The notes beneath the pieces were generated by a model that saw only the letters and a program-made list of their open reading frames with translations, was not told the origin of the DNA and ran no database searches. The position numbers and the translations under genes were made by a program. Below, one piece after another: positions 1-8,047 of a stretch of DNA of 64,000 nucleotides (positions are counted from its first letter, which is position 1; each line of letters opens with the position of its first letter). Location: NCBI GenBank assembly GCA_963704825.1, contig CAVPHV010000017.1:234994-298993 (forward strand), given 5' to 3'. This DNA comes from an uncultured Acidimicrobiia bacterium. GTDB lineage: Bacteria; Actinomycetota; Acidimicrobiia; Spongiisociales; UBA5794.

Positions 1-72
1 CCGACCGTTCCGGTCCTGACAAAAGTCTGGCCGCGACGCGATGGTCTGCGCTCACGGCCTTGCCACAGGATA

Positions 73-124
73 GGGTTTTGGCGGACATGGGCGCAACATC
101 CTGCGCCATTGTCCGCCAAAACCC
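73..124. repeat. Long inverted-repeat hairpin just 3' of the mscS-family stop (terminator or REP-like element)
   Basis: Perfect 15-bp arms GGGTTTTGGCGGACA (73-87) / TGTCCGCCAAAACCC (110-124), plus inner pairing GCGCA/TGCGC. Confidence 0.8.
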
Positions 125-127
125 CCG

Positions 128-997
128 TCAGGCGGGTTCGGGGTCGTTCCCGTCTCGGTCGTGGTCGCCCCACCACAGGGTGCGTTGCGGGAACGCGATG
201 ACGATGCCGTGTTCCTTGAGTGAGCGGCTGATGGCGCGAGCGGTCGCGTCGGTGACGACGTAGCCGGACAAGATGTCGGAGGCATGCCAGAAGCGGACCA
301 AGAAATCGATGGACGAGTCGCCGTATGCCATGACGTAGGCCTCGGGGGCCGGGTCCGGTTCGACCCCGGCTGCTGCGGTCACGGCGGCCTCGAGCACCTG
401 CTTGGTTTGGTCGAGGTCGGTGCCGTATTCGACGCCGACTACGAGCTCGGACCGACGGTGGGCGTGGGCCGTGAGGGTGACGATCGGATTGGCCAGTACG
501 GCCGAGTTCGGGATCGCAACCCGTTCGCCGCTCTCGGTTGTGACTACCACCGACCTCCCGTTGACGTCCTCCACCCTTCCGGAGTATTCGTGCGTGGTGA
601 TCTCGTCGCCCACGACGAACGGGGCGCGAGTCTGGAGGATCAAGCCGGCGCCAAAATTCTCGAGGATCACCCGACCGGCAATGACGATCAGGGCGAGGAT
701 CACGATGATGAAGATCACCAGCGGTCCGATGTCGACGCCGAGGAAGGGAAGCGCGAACACGACACCGAGCAGCCGGATCGACCAGGTGGTTGCCGTTGTG
801 ATCATGCTGGCGATCCGCGGCGGGATCCCGTCGAAGGCGGTGAGGCCGCGCCGGAGAGCCTTCTTGGCGATCCAGGCCAATACAAACGCGGTGAGCACCG
901 TGGCGAGGGCCCACAGGTAGTCCCAACCTGTGACGTTCGTGGTGTCGATGAGTTCATCGACCACGCCGGGGTCGATGCTCTGTACGGCGATGCTCAC
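128..997 (-). CDS. Small-conductance mechanosensitive channel (MscS family)
   Basis: 289 aa; three N-terminal TM helices, 'ENFGAGLILQTRAPFVVGDEI', 'IPNSAVLANPIVT', C-terminal 'GIVIAFPQR'. Confidence 0.9.
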   Translation of the reverse strand: MSIAVQSIDPGVVDELIDTTNVTGWDYLWALATVLTAFVLAWIAKKALRRGLTAFDGIPPRIASMITTATTWSIRLLGVVFALPFLGVDIGPLVIFIIVILALIVIAGRVILENFGAGLILQTRAPFVVGDEITTHEYSGRVEDVNGRSVVVTTESGERVAIPNSAVLANPIVTLTAHAHRRSELVVGVEYGTDLDQTKQVLEAAVTAAAGVEPDPAPEAYVMAYGDSSIDFLVRFWHASDILSGYVVTDATARAISRSLKEHGIVIAFPQRTLWWGDHDRDGNDPEPA

Positions 998-1054
998 TGC
1001 GGCTCCACGGCTCGTGGCTGGTGCCGACCGATTATGCCAGGTGCGCCCCGGAGA

Positions 1055-3418
1055 TCAGCGCAGGGCGGCGCCGAAGTGGTCGCCACCGCCGGCGGTACCG
1101 GGAATGCCGGACGAGTTCTGATGCCACGTCTGATCGCGGGCGGGCGTGAGCCCGGACCCCGATCCGAAGATGACCTGGACGACTCCGGTGTCGGCTGCAC
1201 CTGAGATGCTCTCGAACGGCACCCCGACGACGAGGTCCATGAACCCGCCACCGTTGTAGTCCCCGATGGTCACCGCGAACCCGAAGTTGTCTCCGCTTTC
1301 ACCGGTACCAGAGATGCCGGACGAGTCTTGATGCCACAGCCGGTTGCCCTCAACGGTGAGGCCGGAGGTTGCGCCCAGGATGACATTGACGGCGCCGTTG
1401 GTTCCTCGGTCCCGGGGTACCCCGACGGCGAGGTCGGCGTTGTGGTCCCCGTTGAAGTCCCCCGTTGCCAGTGCTGCGCCGAAGTTGTCGTTTGCCTTGG
1501 CGGCCCCAACGATGTTGGCGGTCTTCTGCTTCCACATCTGGTTCCCCGCGGCCGCCAACCCCGATCCTGCGCCGTAGAGGACGTTGACGGCGCCGGTGTT
1601 GGTGACCCCGGCGATGTCCTCGAGTGGCACTCCGACGGCGAGGTCATCGCGATCGTCAGCATCGAAGTCGCCGGCGGCAAGGGCGGAACCGAAGTGATCG
1701 TTTGCCTGGCCGGAGCCCAGGATGTTGGCCTTGTTCTGGTGCCACAGTTGATTGCCGGTGGCGCGCAGCCCGCCACCGGTCCCGTAGATCACGTTGACGG
1801 CGCCCATGTTGGCGACGGACTTGATGTCCTCGAACGGCACCCCGACGGCGAGGTCGTCGCGGTTGTTGTCGTCGAAGTCTCCCGAGGTCAGCGCCGAACC
1901 AAAGGCATCTCCGGCATTGCCCACCCCGGTGATGTCGCTGCGATCCTGGGTCCACAGTTGGTTGCGAGCGGCACCCAGTCCGCTTCCCGATCCGTACAGG
2001 ACGTTCACCGCACCGGCGTCGGCTGCATTGAGGTCTTCACCAGGGACCCCGATGGCGAGGTCATCGAAGCTGTCGCCGTCGAAGTCGCCCGAAACCAATG
2101 CCGCTCCAAATTGGTCACCCGGTTGCATGGCGCCTTGGACATCCGGGCTGTCCTGGGTCCACTGTTGGTCACCTGCCGCGCTCAGGCCGTTGGCGGTCCC
2201 GTACAGCACGTTGACCTCACCGCGTTCGCTGTTGTTGCCCGGCGCGCCGATGGCGACGTCGCTGAAGCCGTCGCCATCGAAGTCACCGCAGGCCACCGCC
2301 GCTCCAAACCGGTCACCTGCGCCGGGGCCACCGGCAACTCCGGTCGATCCTTGATGCCACAGCTGGTTTCCCTGGGAGCCAAGACCGTCGGCCGACCCGT
2401 AGATCACGTTGACGACTCCGGCGTCGGGCTGGCCCGCCTCGTTGTCGTCGGGTGCGCCGATGGCGACATCCGAGATCCCATCGCCGTTGATGTCGCAGGC
2501 CAGCTCTGGGCGGGGGGCGTGGGCGAGCATCACGATCTCCTGGCCGTCCGAGAACAGCGTCTGTGGTGCGCCGGCGCCATCACGTTGGACGGTGGTGCCG
2601 GATCGCCCCTCGTAGCCTTCACCGGCGTACCTCACATAGAAGAGCGTGGTGCTGTCGGTGTCCCACACCGGCGATTCCAGCTGGTGGTTGGACGAGTCGC
2701 GGACGGTGACCGTCCCGCCGTCGGCGTCCTCCTCGACCACCTGCCACCCGCCGCCGATGACGACGTAGGCGATCTTGCGGCCGTCGGGTGACCACGCCGG
2801 TTGTGCCACGTTGCCGGCTGCCAGCTGATACGAGCCGGTGCCGTCGAGGTTGGTGACGTAGATGCCGTCGTGGCGTTCGTAGGCCAGGCGCGACCCGGAG
2901 GGGTCCCACGTCGGGTTGATGCCGCTGCGCGTCCCGGGGATGGTCTTCTGTTGCGTTCCGTCTGCCCTCATCCGCATGATGACGCAGCAACTGTTGGCGT
3001 CCATGTTGCCCTCGGTATTGCGGGAGAAGGCAATCCAGTTGCCGTTGGCAGACCAGGCAGGGTCGAAGTCGCCGAGTTCAGGGTTGGTCAGCTGTTGGAG
3101 TCCGCTGCCGTCGACATTGACGACGAAGATGGCCCAGCGACCGTCGGTCCCGTCGGTGATGGGGCCTGAGTAGGCGATTCTGGTGCCGTCGGGGGAGTAC
3201 GCCGGGCGGCTGATGATCGGCCTGCTGAGGGGGGTTCGGTCGTCGAAGCCGGCACCATTGGTGATCTTCAGTTCGTAGTAGAAGCCGGAGCCTCCTTGGC
3301 TGCCTTCCTCGACGGCCAGGAAGGCGAAGTCGTCGTCGGCGCTGTCGGCGGCGGCAGGCACCGCGGTGGCAACGACGGCGAGAACCACCACTGCGATCAA
3401 CGGTGTCAGCCTGCTCAT
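1055..3418 (-). CDS. Secreted protein: TolB-like (PD40) beta-propeller plus seven FG-GAP/integrin-alpha repeats
   Basis: 787 aa; signal peptide; repeats PAYSPDG, PAWSANG, PTWDPSG, PAWSPDG, PVWD; seven 'DxxxDxA(I/V)G(A/V)P' Ca-binding repeats; ATGA overlap with upstream gene at 3415-3418. Confidence 0.9.
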   Translation of the reverse strand: MSRLTPLIAVVVLAVVATAVPAAADSADDDFAFLAVEEGSQGGSGFYYELKITNGAGFDDRTPLSRPIISRPAYSPDGTRIAYSGPITDGTDGRWAIFVVNVDGSGLQQLTNPELGDFDPAWSANGNWIAFSRNTEGNMDANSCCVIMRMRADGTQQKTIPGTRSGINPTWDPSGSRLAYERHDGIYVTNLDGTGSYQLAAGNVAQPAWSPDGRKIAYVVIGGGWQVVEEDADGGTVTVRDSSNHQLESPVWDTDSTTLFYVRYAGEGYEGRSGTTVQRDGAGAPQTLFSDGQEIVMLAHAPRPELACDINGDGISDVAIGAPDDNEAGQPDAGVVNVIYGSADGLGSQGNQLWHQGSTGVAGGPGAGDRFGAAVACGDFDGDGFSDVAIGAPGNNSERGEVNVLYGTANGLSAAGDQQWTQDSPDVQGAMQPGDQFGAALVSGDFDGDSFDDLAIGVPGEDLNAADAGAVNVLYGSGSGLGAARNQLWTQDRSDITGVGNAGDAFGSALTSGDFDDNNRDDLAVGVPFEDIKSVANMGAVNVIYGTGGGLRATGNQLWHQNKANILGSGQANDHFGSALAAGDFDADDRDDLAVGVPLEDIAGVTNTGAVNVLYGAGSGLAAAGNQMWKQKTANIVGAAKANDNFGAALATGDFNGDHNADLAVGVPRDRGTNGAVNVILGATSGLTVEGNRLWHQDSSGISGTGESGDNFGFAVTIGDYNGGGFMDLVVGVPFESISGAADTGVVQVIFGSGSGLTPARDQTWHQNSSGIPGTAGGGDHFGAALR

Positions 3419-3888
3419 TGGATCCCCGGCGGGTAGGCGGATGTGATCTTGATCGCGGCCAGCAACTGGCCGGCGCGCCGCGCTGCTTCCTCCCGGTTGG
3501 CGTAGCTGCCGATGACGATGTACAGGCAGAACGCCCGGCCGTTCTCCGTGAAGAAGTCCTGATACCCGGCTTGGTTGGGGATCCAGCGCTGGAGCCGATT
3601 GGTGCCGAAGCGGTCGGGGTCGATGCGACTGGGCAGAGTGCCGGGGGAGAACAGCGCCGAGTTGACCGCTTCATCGCCGTACTCGAGCAGGGAAATGAAG
3701 ACGTCGTTTGGTCCCATCACCTCGACGGCGCGGCTGCCGAAGTCGCCCCGCGCCTCGGGGAGGGGGAACGTGGCGGCGTGCAGTACCGGCTTGGACACGT
3801 CCTCAGGCTCACGGGGCAGGTGCCTGGTGATCCTCACCTCCCAGCCGACCGGAGTGTCGGCGCGCAGGCCATGGGCTTCGACCCTCAT
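3415..3888 (-). CDS. Hypothetical protein (157 aa) in the mau-like operon
   Basis: Start MRVEAHGL at 3888 overlaps the upstream stop (ATGA); its stop overlaps the next start; the longer track ORF (to 4368) is a shadow extension. Confidence 0.75.
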   Translation of the reverse strand: MRVEAHGLRADTPVGWEVRITRHLPREPEDVSKPVLHAATFPLPEARGDFGSRAVEVMGPNDVFISLLEYGDEAVNSALFSPGTLPSRIDPDRFGTNRLQRWIPNQAGYQDFFTENGRAFCLYIVIGSYANREEAARRAGQLLAAIKITSAYPPGIQ

Positions 3889-4574
3889 GCGGCCACCGCG
3901 GCGAGCAATGCGGCGGTGCCGGCAACAGCACAGGATGCCGCCAGCACGTTGTTCATGGGTTGGGCGAACGCCTCGACCCTGCGGTGGAGGCGCTGCAGCC
4001 CCGAGGCGGTCGTGACCCGCCGAGTCGAGAGCAGGGGCAGCGCTCGAGCCAGCCCAAAGGCGATCCCGATGATGAGTCCGCCCTGCCATGAGAAGGTGAG
4101 GAATTCGATGAGGAACATGAGGTAGATGGCCGCGGTCGGAACGATGGTGGCCCAGCCGAGGCCGAGTTGGTAACCGAAGCCGAAGCCGACGACCCAGCCC
4201 CGATAGGTGTCGAGCCAGTTTTCGTTGACCTGGCGGTGGACGGTTGGCAGAGGAATACGGATCCAGCCCATCTCGGCGGCGGCAACGATGAGGGCGAGAA
4301 CGCCAATCACGATCGCAACAGTTGCGGTGCCGGGCCGGACGGACGCGGGGATCAGACTGCCGAGCCACCCAAGGGTGATCCCGACGGTTGCGCCACCGGC
4401 GATGGAGCCGGCGAAATAGAACGCCGTCGTCGTCGCCCAGTTTCTTTCACGTCCCTGCTCACCGAGCGGGGTGATGCTGGCCAGCATCGACTCTCCTCAC
4501 GGCGACCAACTGGAGCGGATCGCGGCTGCGACGGCGATCACGACTCCGGCGACAATGATTCCGACGCTGGTCAT
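3885..4574 (-). CDS. MauF/DsbD-CcdA-like membrane protein with in-frame UGA at codon 26 (probable selenocysteine), 229 aa
   Basis: ATG 4574 overlaps the upstream stop (ATGA) and reads MTSVGIIVAGVVIAVAAAIRSSWSP-TGA-GESMLASITPLGE in frame with track ORF 3885..4487; UGA aligns with the Cys of the MauF-type WSPCG motif; multi-TM body. Confidence 0.75.
4459..4488 (-). promoter_or_regulatory. Candidate bacterial SECIS region after the in-frame UGA
   Basis: mRNA after UGA: GGAGAGUC-GAUGCU(GGCC)AGCAUC, then UCACC(CCGCUC)GGUGA; palindrome GATGCTGGCCAGCATC at 4473-4488 and second stem at 4459-4474. Folded by eye only. Confidence 0.45.
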
Positions 4575-5302
4575 TGCTCTTCGTCTTCCTGGTCCTGGTC
4601 CGGATAGAGGCTGGGGTGACCGGGGTAGATGCCGGCAGCCAGCAACTCTCGGTCGACGACATCCTCACGATCGGCGTCGGCCCGGGCCTTGCGGCGCTTG
4701 CGGGTCTTGGTGTCGTCGAGTGCCTCGCCCATGAGACGCAACAGCTGATCCCAGGTGCTGGCTGAGCCTTCGCCGGCGATCGATCCGTTCGTTCCATCGA
4801 CGAGTACGAAGTATGGGGAGCCGGGCACCTGGTAGTCGTTCCAGGCTTGATCGGACATGACCACGGGGTAGTCACCCGACGCCAGCTTGGCGATACGTGA
4901 CGGACTCTCCTCGTTCTCACCCTTGGTGAGCACGATGAGGCGGGTGGTGCCGAGCCCATTGGGACCCTTGTCGAACGTCTCCCAAAACTCGGCGCAGCCG
5001 AGACATCCGCTGGAGAGGAAGGCCAGGAGCGTCTTCTGCTTGGCTCCGAGCACGCGGATCCCGATGCCGTCACCCTCCGGCCCGGTACCCGAGATGTCGT
5101 GGGCCTGGATCACTTCGCCCCGCGGCGTTGCCACCGACGGGGCGAAGTTGAGGTCCGGCGTGCTCTGGTCGTGATCGTGTTCGAGGCCCGCCCCGAGACT
5201 GTCGAGTTGGCGGAGGATCTCGGCGTGGCTGCGCAGCAGGCTGGCGACGAGAAGGCCGAGCAGGAGGATCACGGCGGCCTCGGCGATGATGAGGGCGGTC
5301 AT
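4571..5302 (-). CDS. MauD-like membrane-anchored thioredoxin-fold protein
   Basis: 243 aa from MTALIIAEAAVILLLGLL; N-terminal TM; 'FLSSGCLGC' CxxC; 'YQVPGSPYFVLVDG' cis-Pro loop; ATGA-coupled on both sides. Confidence 0.8.
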   Translation of the reverse strand: MTALIIAEAAVILLLGLLVASLLRSHAEILRQLDSLGAGLEHDHDQSTPDLNFAPSVATPRGEVIQAHDISGTGPEGDGIGIRVLGAKQKTLLAFLSSGCLGCAEFWETFDKGPNGLGTTRLIVLTKGENEESPSRIAKLASGDYPVVMSDQAWNDYQVPGSPYFVLVDGTNGSIAGEGSASTWDQLLRLMGEALDDTKTRKRRKARADADREDVVDRELLAAGIYPGHPSLYPDQDQEDEEQ

Positions 5303-5919
5303 GTGCAGTCTCCCGCCAAGCAGGGCGCGGTCTGCTGGCCGGTCTGGTTGTCGATCCGCAGCGAGGTGCCACAGTCGTCGAACAACTGGTACGGCGGAAC
5401 ACAGGTCACCACCCGGCAGGCGACGGGGCCGCTGCACCCGATCTCCGTGTGGCATTGGCCGTACCGGAAGTAGTTGCAGCACACCCGCCGACGGTCGCAG
5501 GTCGTCTCGTTGCAGCGGCATTGGCAGGAGATGCACGATGGGTTACAGAAGCGACCGTTCTCGCACCCGTTGGTGCAGATGCACTGGGGGTGACAGTCGA
5601 TGTAGTAGCGGGCCCTGGGGTTGCCGTTCCCATCGCAGCAGTAGGTCGAACTGTCGGCTCGCCACCAGCCGCCGACGAACATCCCCGGTGGGCAGCGGTT
5701 GATGCCGCGGTTTGTGGTGCAGCAGAAGATCGTGTAGCCATTCGAGCACTCGGAGTACGGACCGCAGACGGCGGCATATGCCGTCATCGGACGCAAGATG
5801 AAGTCGAGCGGAGCCGTCAGCAGAGCCGAGCCGACGACGGCGACTCTGGCCAGGAAGGAGCGGCGGCTGTGTTCTCCGCCGAGGGCTCGGGCGGTACGTT
5901 CGGCAAGGCGGCGGCTCAT
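5299..5919 (-). CDS. Tat-exported Cys-rich protein, distantly MauA (methylamine dehydrogenase light chain)-like
   Basis: 206 aa; Tat motif 'SRRSFL'; about 26 Cys; 'NRCPPGMFVGGWWRADSSTYC...RYYIDC' resembles MauA 'NCPPGTKLATASWVASC...IAYRDC'. Confidence 0.75.
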   Translation of the reverse strand: MSRRLAERTARALGGEHSRRSFLARVAVVGSALLTAPLDFILRPMTAYAAVCGPYSECSNGYTIFCCTTNRGINRCPPGMFVGGWWRADSSTYCCDGNGNPRARYYIDCHPQCICTNGCENGRFCNPSCISCQCRCNETTCDRRRVCCNYFRYGQCHTEIGCSGPVACRVVTCVPPYQLFDDCGTSLRIDNQTGQQTAPCLAGDCT

Positions 5920-6437
5920 GTTTCGGCCCTCACTGGGATGACGGTGGGTACGACGTTGAGGATCAGATAGGCAAACCAGGTGCCCATCGCAACGAAGGCG
6001 ACCAGAACCAGGCCGGCTGGGGGATCGCCGGCGACGGCATCGAGGATGCCGGTCGCAGGCGCGGCGACGGCACCGAGCGCAACTGCTGCGGCGGCGAGGT
6101 TGAGGATGAGGTGCGCCCACGTCGGCGGCGTGTCGTCACGCCCGAAGCATCCACAGGAAGCGACGACGCCACCCTTGGCGAGGGCATACCCCACAAAGCC
6201 GGCGAATCCGAGGTACACGATGGCAACGAGCAATGCGCTGACGCTGCCACCGAAGAGCAGGGCGTACGTGCCGATTGTGATCTCGCCGAGCGCCATGAGC
6301 CGCACCAGCAGGGGAGATCCGGGTAAGGAAACAGAGCGAAGGGCTCGCGCCGTCTCGTCGGGACGGGCGAGCTTTGGTGCCCCCGCCACAACAAGGAGGA
6401 GGGAGGCGATGTAGAGCGGTCCAGCCATCGTCTGCAT
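5916..6437 (-). CDS. MauE/DoxX family membrane protein
   Basis: 173 aa from MQTMAG (or 6428 MAGPLY); 'AGAPKL', TM helices, 'ASCGCFG' and 'HLILN' MauE signature. Confidence 0.85.
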   Translation of the reverse strand: MQTMAGPLYIASLLLVVAGAPKLARPDETARALRSVSLPGSPLLVRLMALGEITIGTYALLFGGSVSALLVAIVYLGFAGFVGYALAKGGVVASCGCFGRDDTPPTWAHLILNLAAAAVALGAVAAPATGILDAVAGDPPAGLVLVAFVAMGTWFAYLILNVVPTVIPVRAET

Positions 6438-6448
6438 CGGTGGCCGGG

Positions 6449-6476
6449 ATAGTGGCATCTCAAATCGAGATGTCAA
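6449..6476 (-). promoter_or_regulatory. Sigma70-type promoter of the mau-like operon with an internal palindromic operator
   Basis: Minus strand TTGACA (6476-6471)-16 nt-CACTAT (6454-6449); inverted repeat CATCTC-N5-GAGATG at 6456-6472. Confidence 0.6.
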
Positions 6477-6494
6477 ACGCGACGTATCTCCTGG

Positions 6495-6716
6495 TCAGCG
6501 ATAGAAGATGGCTGAGATGATGGTGGCGGCCCCCGCAAGTGCGATCAGGAGTGCGATGAATCGGATCAGGAAACTGGTCGAGGCCATCAGACCTCCCGTG
6601 GATCGGGAGAACCGGGCGGGCCAGTGTGCGGCGAGTCGATCGACCAAGGCGAGCGAGTTCGATGCGAGCGCCGTTCCGATCAGAAGGAGTGCCACGCCGA
6701 AGACGATCAGGCCCAT
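6495..6716 (-). CDS. Small membrane protein (73 aa)
   Basis: Two hydrophobic segments; AAGGAG RBS upstream; fills an otherwise empty gap. Confidence 0.6.
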   Translation of the reverse strand: MGLIVFGVALLLIGTALASNSLALVDRLAAHWPARFSRSTGGLMASTSFLIRFIALLIALAGAATIISAIFYR

Positions 6717-6829
6717 GTTGCTCCTTGTCTGTCCTCTTCACGATACGGGTGATGACTACCGGCCAACAGAGCATTCTGGACGGTTGTCACGTGGCGAGAC
6801 CGGGTTTCGGCAGTGGGTACTATGCGTTG

Positions 6830-7243
6830 ATGTCCGACCAACCCTCGGTTCTCTTCCTCTGCACCCACAATGCCGGCCGTTCGCAGATGGCGGCCGGCTG
6901 GCTGCGGTCGCTGTCCGGAGGGAAGGTCGGTGTCTACTCCGCTGGATCGAGTCCGGGGGATGCGGTGAATCCGGTTGCCGTCGCCGCCATGGCTGAGGTT
7001 GGGATCGACATCGCCGCGGCTCAACCCCAGCAGTGGACCGACGACATGGTCCGGGTCGCCGACGTCATCGTGTCGATGGGCTGCGGTGATACCTGCCCGG
7101 TCTTTCCGGGCAAGCGGTACCTCGATTGGGAGCTCGACGATCCCCACGGTGCCGGCATCGAGGCGGTACGTCCGATCCGCGATGAGATCGAGGTTCGCAT
7201 TCGCGGGCTGCTGGCCGAGCTGGGAGCTGATGCCGTCGACTGA
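6830..7243 (+). CDS. arsC: Arsenate reductase ArsC / low-molecular-weight phosphatase family
   Basis: 137 aa from MSDQPSVLFL; CX5R loop 'CTHNAGRS', 'MGCGDTCP', 'DWELDDP'. Confidence 0.85.
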   Translation: MSDQPSVLFLCTHNAGRSQMAAGWLRSLSGGKVGVYSAGSSPGDAVNPVAVAAMAEVGIDIAAAQPQQWTDDMVRVADVIVSMGCGDTCPVFPGKRYLDWELDDPHGAGIEAVRPIRDEIEVRIRGLLAELGADAVD

Positions 7244-7280
7244 GCGGCACGTTTCGATCCGCGCGGCACCACCTGTCGCC

Positions 7281-7952
7281 TCAAGTTTCGTGTTCCAGGA
7301 TCTGATCCGTCACTGCCGTGAGGTCTGATCCGATGATGTCGGGCTCGGGGAACAGCGGATTGACGACCATGCCCGGCCTCGTGACGTAGGCGCCGGCGCA
7401 GCCCGCCCACATCGCTCCGGCGATGTCCCAGTCGTGAGCGGCGACCATGCGCATCGCGGCGGTGGTCACGCCGAGGCGGTCGGCGGCCATTCGGTACACG
7501 GCGGCGGCGGGCTTGAACCGGCCGGTCGGCCCCACGGACATGATCTCGTCGAAGCAGCCTGCGATGCCCGCATTGGCCAGCTGGGTCTCCGCAGCGTCCT
7601 GGGGCGAGTTGGTCAGCGCCACGATGCGCAGCCCGGCGTCGTTGAGACGCTGCAGGCTGGGGACAACATCGGGATGTGGCGGCAGAGCGGCCATGGCGCC
7701 TGCGACTGCGGCTCCATCGGCCGCGGAGACGGTGACGTCGCGTTGGTCGGCGACCATACCGAGCGAGGCGGCGCCCACGGCAACGAAGTCGTGGTAGTCA
7801 CCGATGATGGTGAGGGTCAGGGCATTGCGCAGCACGAGGCCGAACCACTGCCGGCGCACCGCAGCATCGCCGAAGATGCGCTCGAAATGGGGGTCGAGGG
7901 CTCTGAGGTCGAGCAGGGTTTCGTTGACGTCGAAGACAAGAACGCGAGCCAC
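7281..7952 (-). CDS. Haloacid dehalogenase type II (HAD family)
   Basis: GTG start, 'VFDVNETLLD', 'LTNS', 'FKP', 'MVAAHDWDIAGA'. Confidence 0.9.
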   Translation of the reverse strand: MARVLVFDVNETLLDLRALDPHFERIFGDAAVRRQWFGLVLRNALTLTIIGDYHDFVAVGAASLGMVADQRDVTVSAADGAAVAGAMAALPPHPDVVPSLQRLNDAGLRIVALTNSPQDAAETQLANAGIAGCFDEIMSVGPTGRFKPAAAVYRMAADRLGVTTAAMRMVAAHDWDIAGAMWAGCAGAYVTRPGMVVNPLFPEPDIIGSDLTAVTDQILEHET

Positions 7953-8047
7953 GCCACCTCCCGATCGGGCCCAAACCAAGCTAGCGCCTCGGGCGCCACT
8001 GTGATCGGCGGGCTTCTGCGGGCCGGCGCGCGGTACCCATTGACGAT

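Noticed and set aside
1055-2500. Nucleotide-level tandem repeats of about 180 bp
   Set aside because: Explained by FG-GAP protein repeats within the CDS.
3885-4487. Track ORF starting at ATG 4487 as the complete gene
   Set aside because: It leaves an 87-nt gap in an otherwise fully coupled operon and drops TM1 and the WSP(C/U)G motif. Kept only as a possible alternative start.
4571-6437. Canonical methylamine dehydrogenase (mau) cluster
   Set aside because: No mauB, mauG or amicyanin in the window, and the light-chain-like protein lacks a Trp108 equivalent, so mau gene symbols were not assigned.
6438-6476. TTG start at 6476 for the MauE-like gene
   Set aside because: That TTG is the first half of the TTGACA -35 box; ATG 6437 or 6428 fits better.
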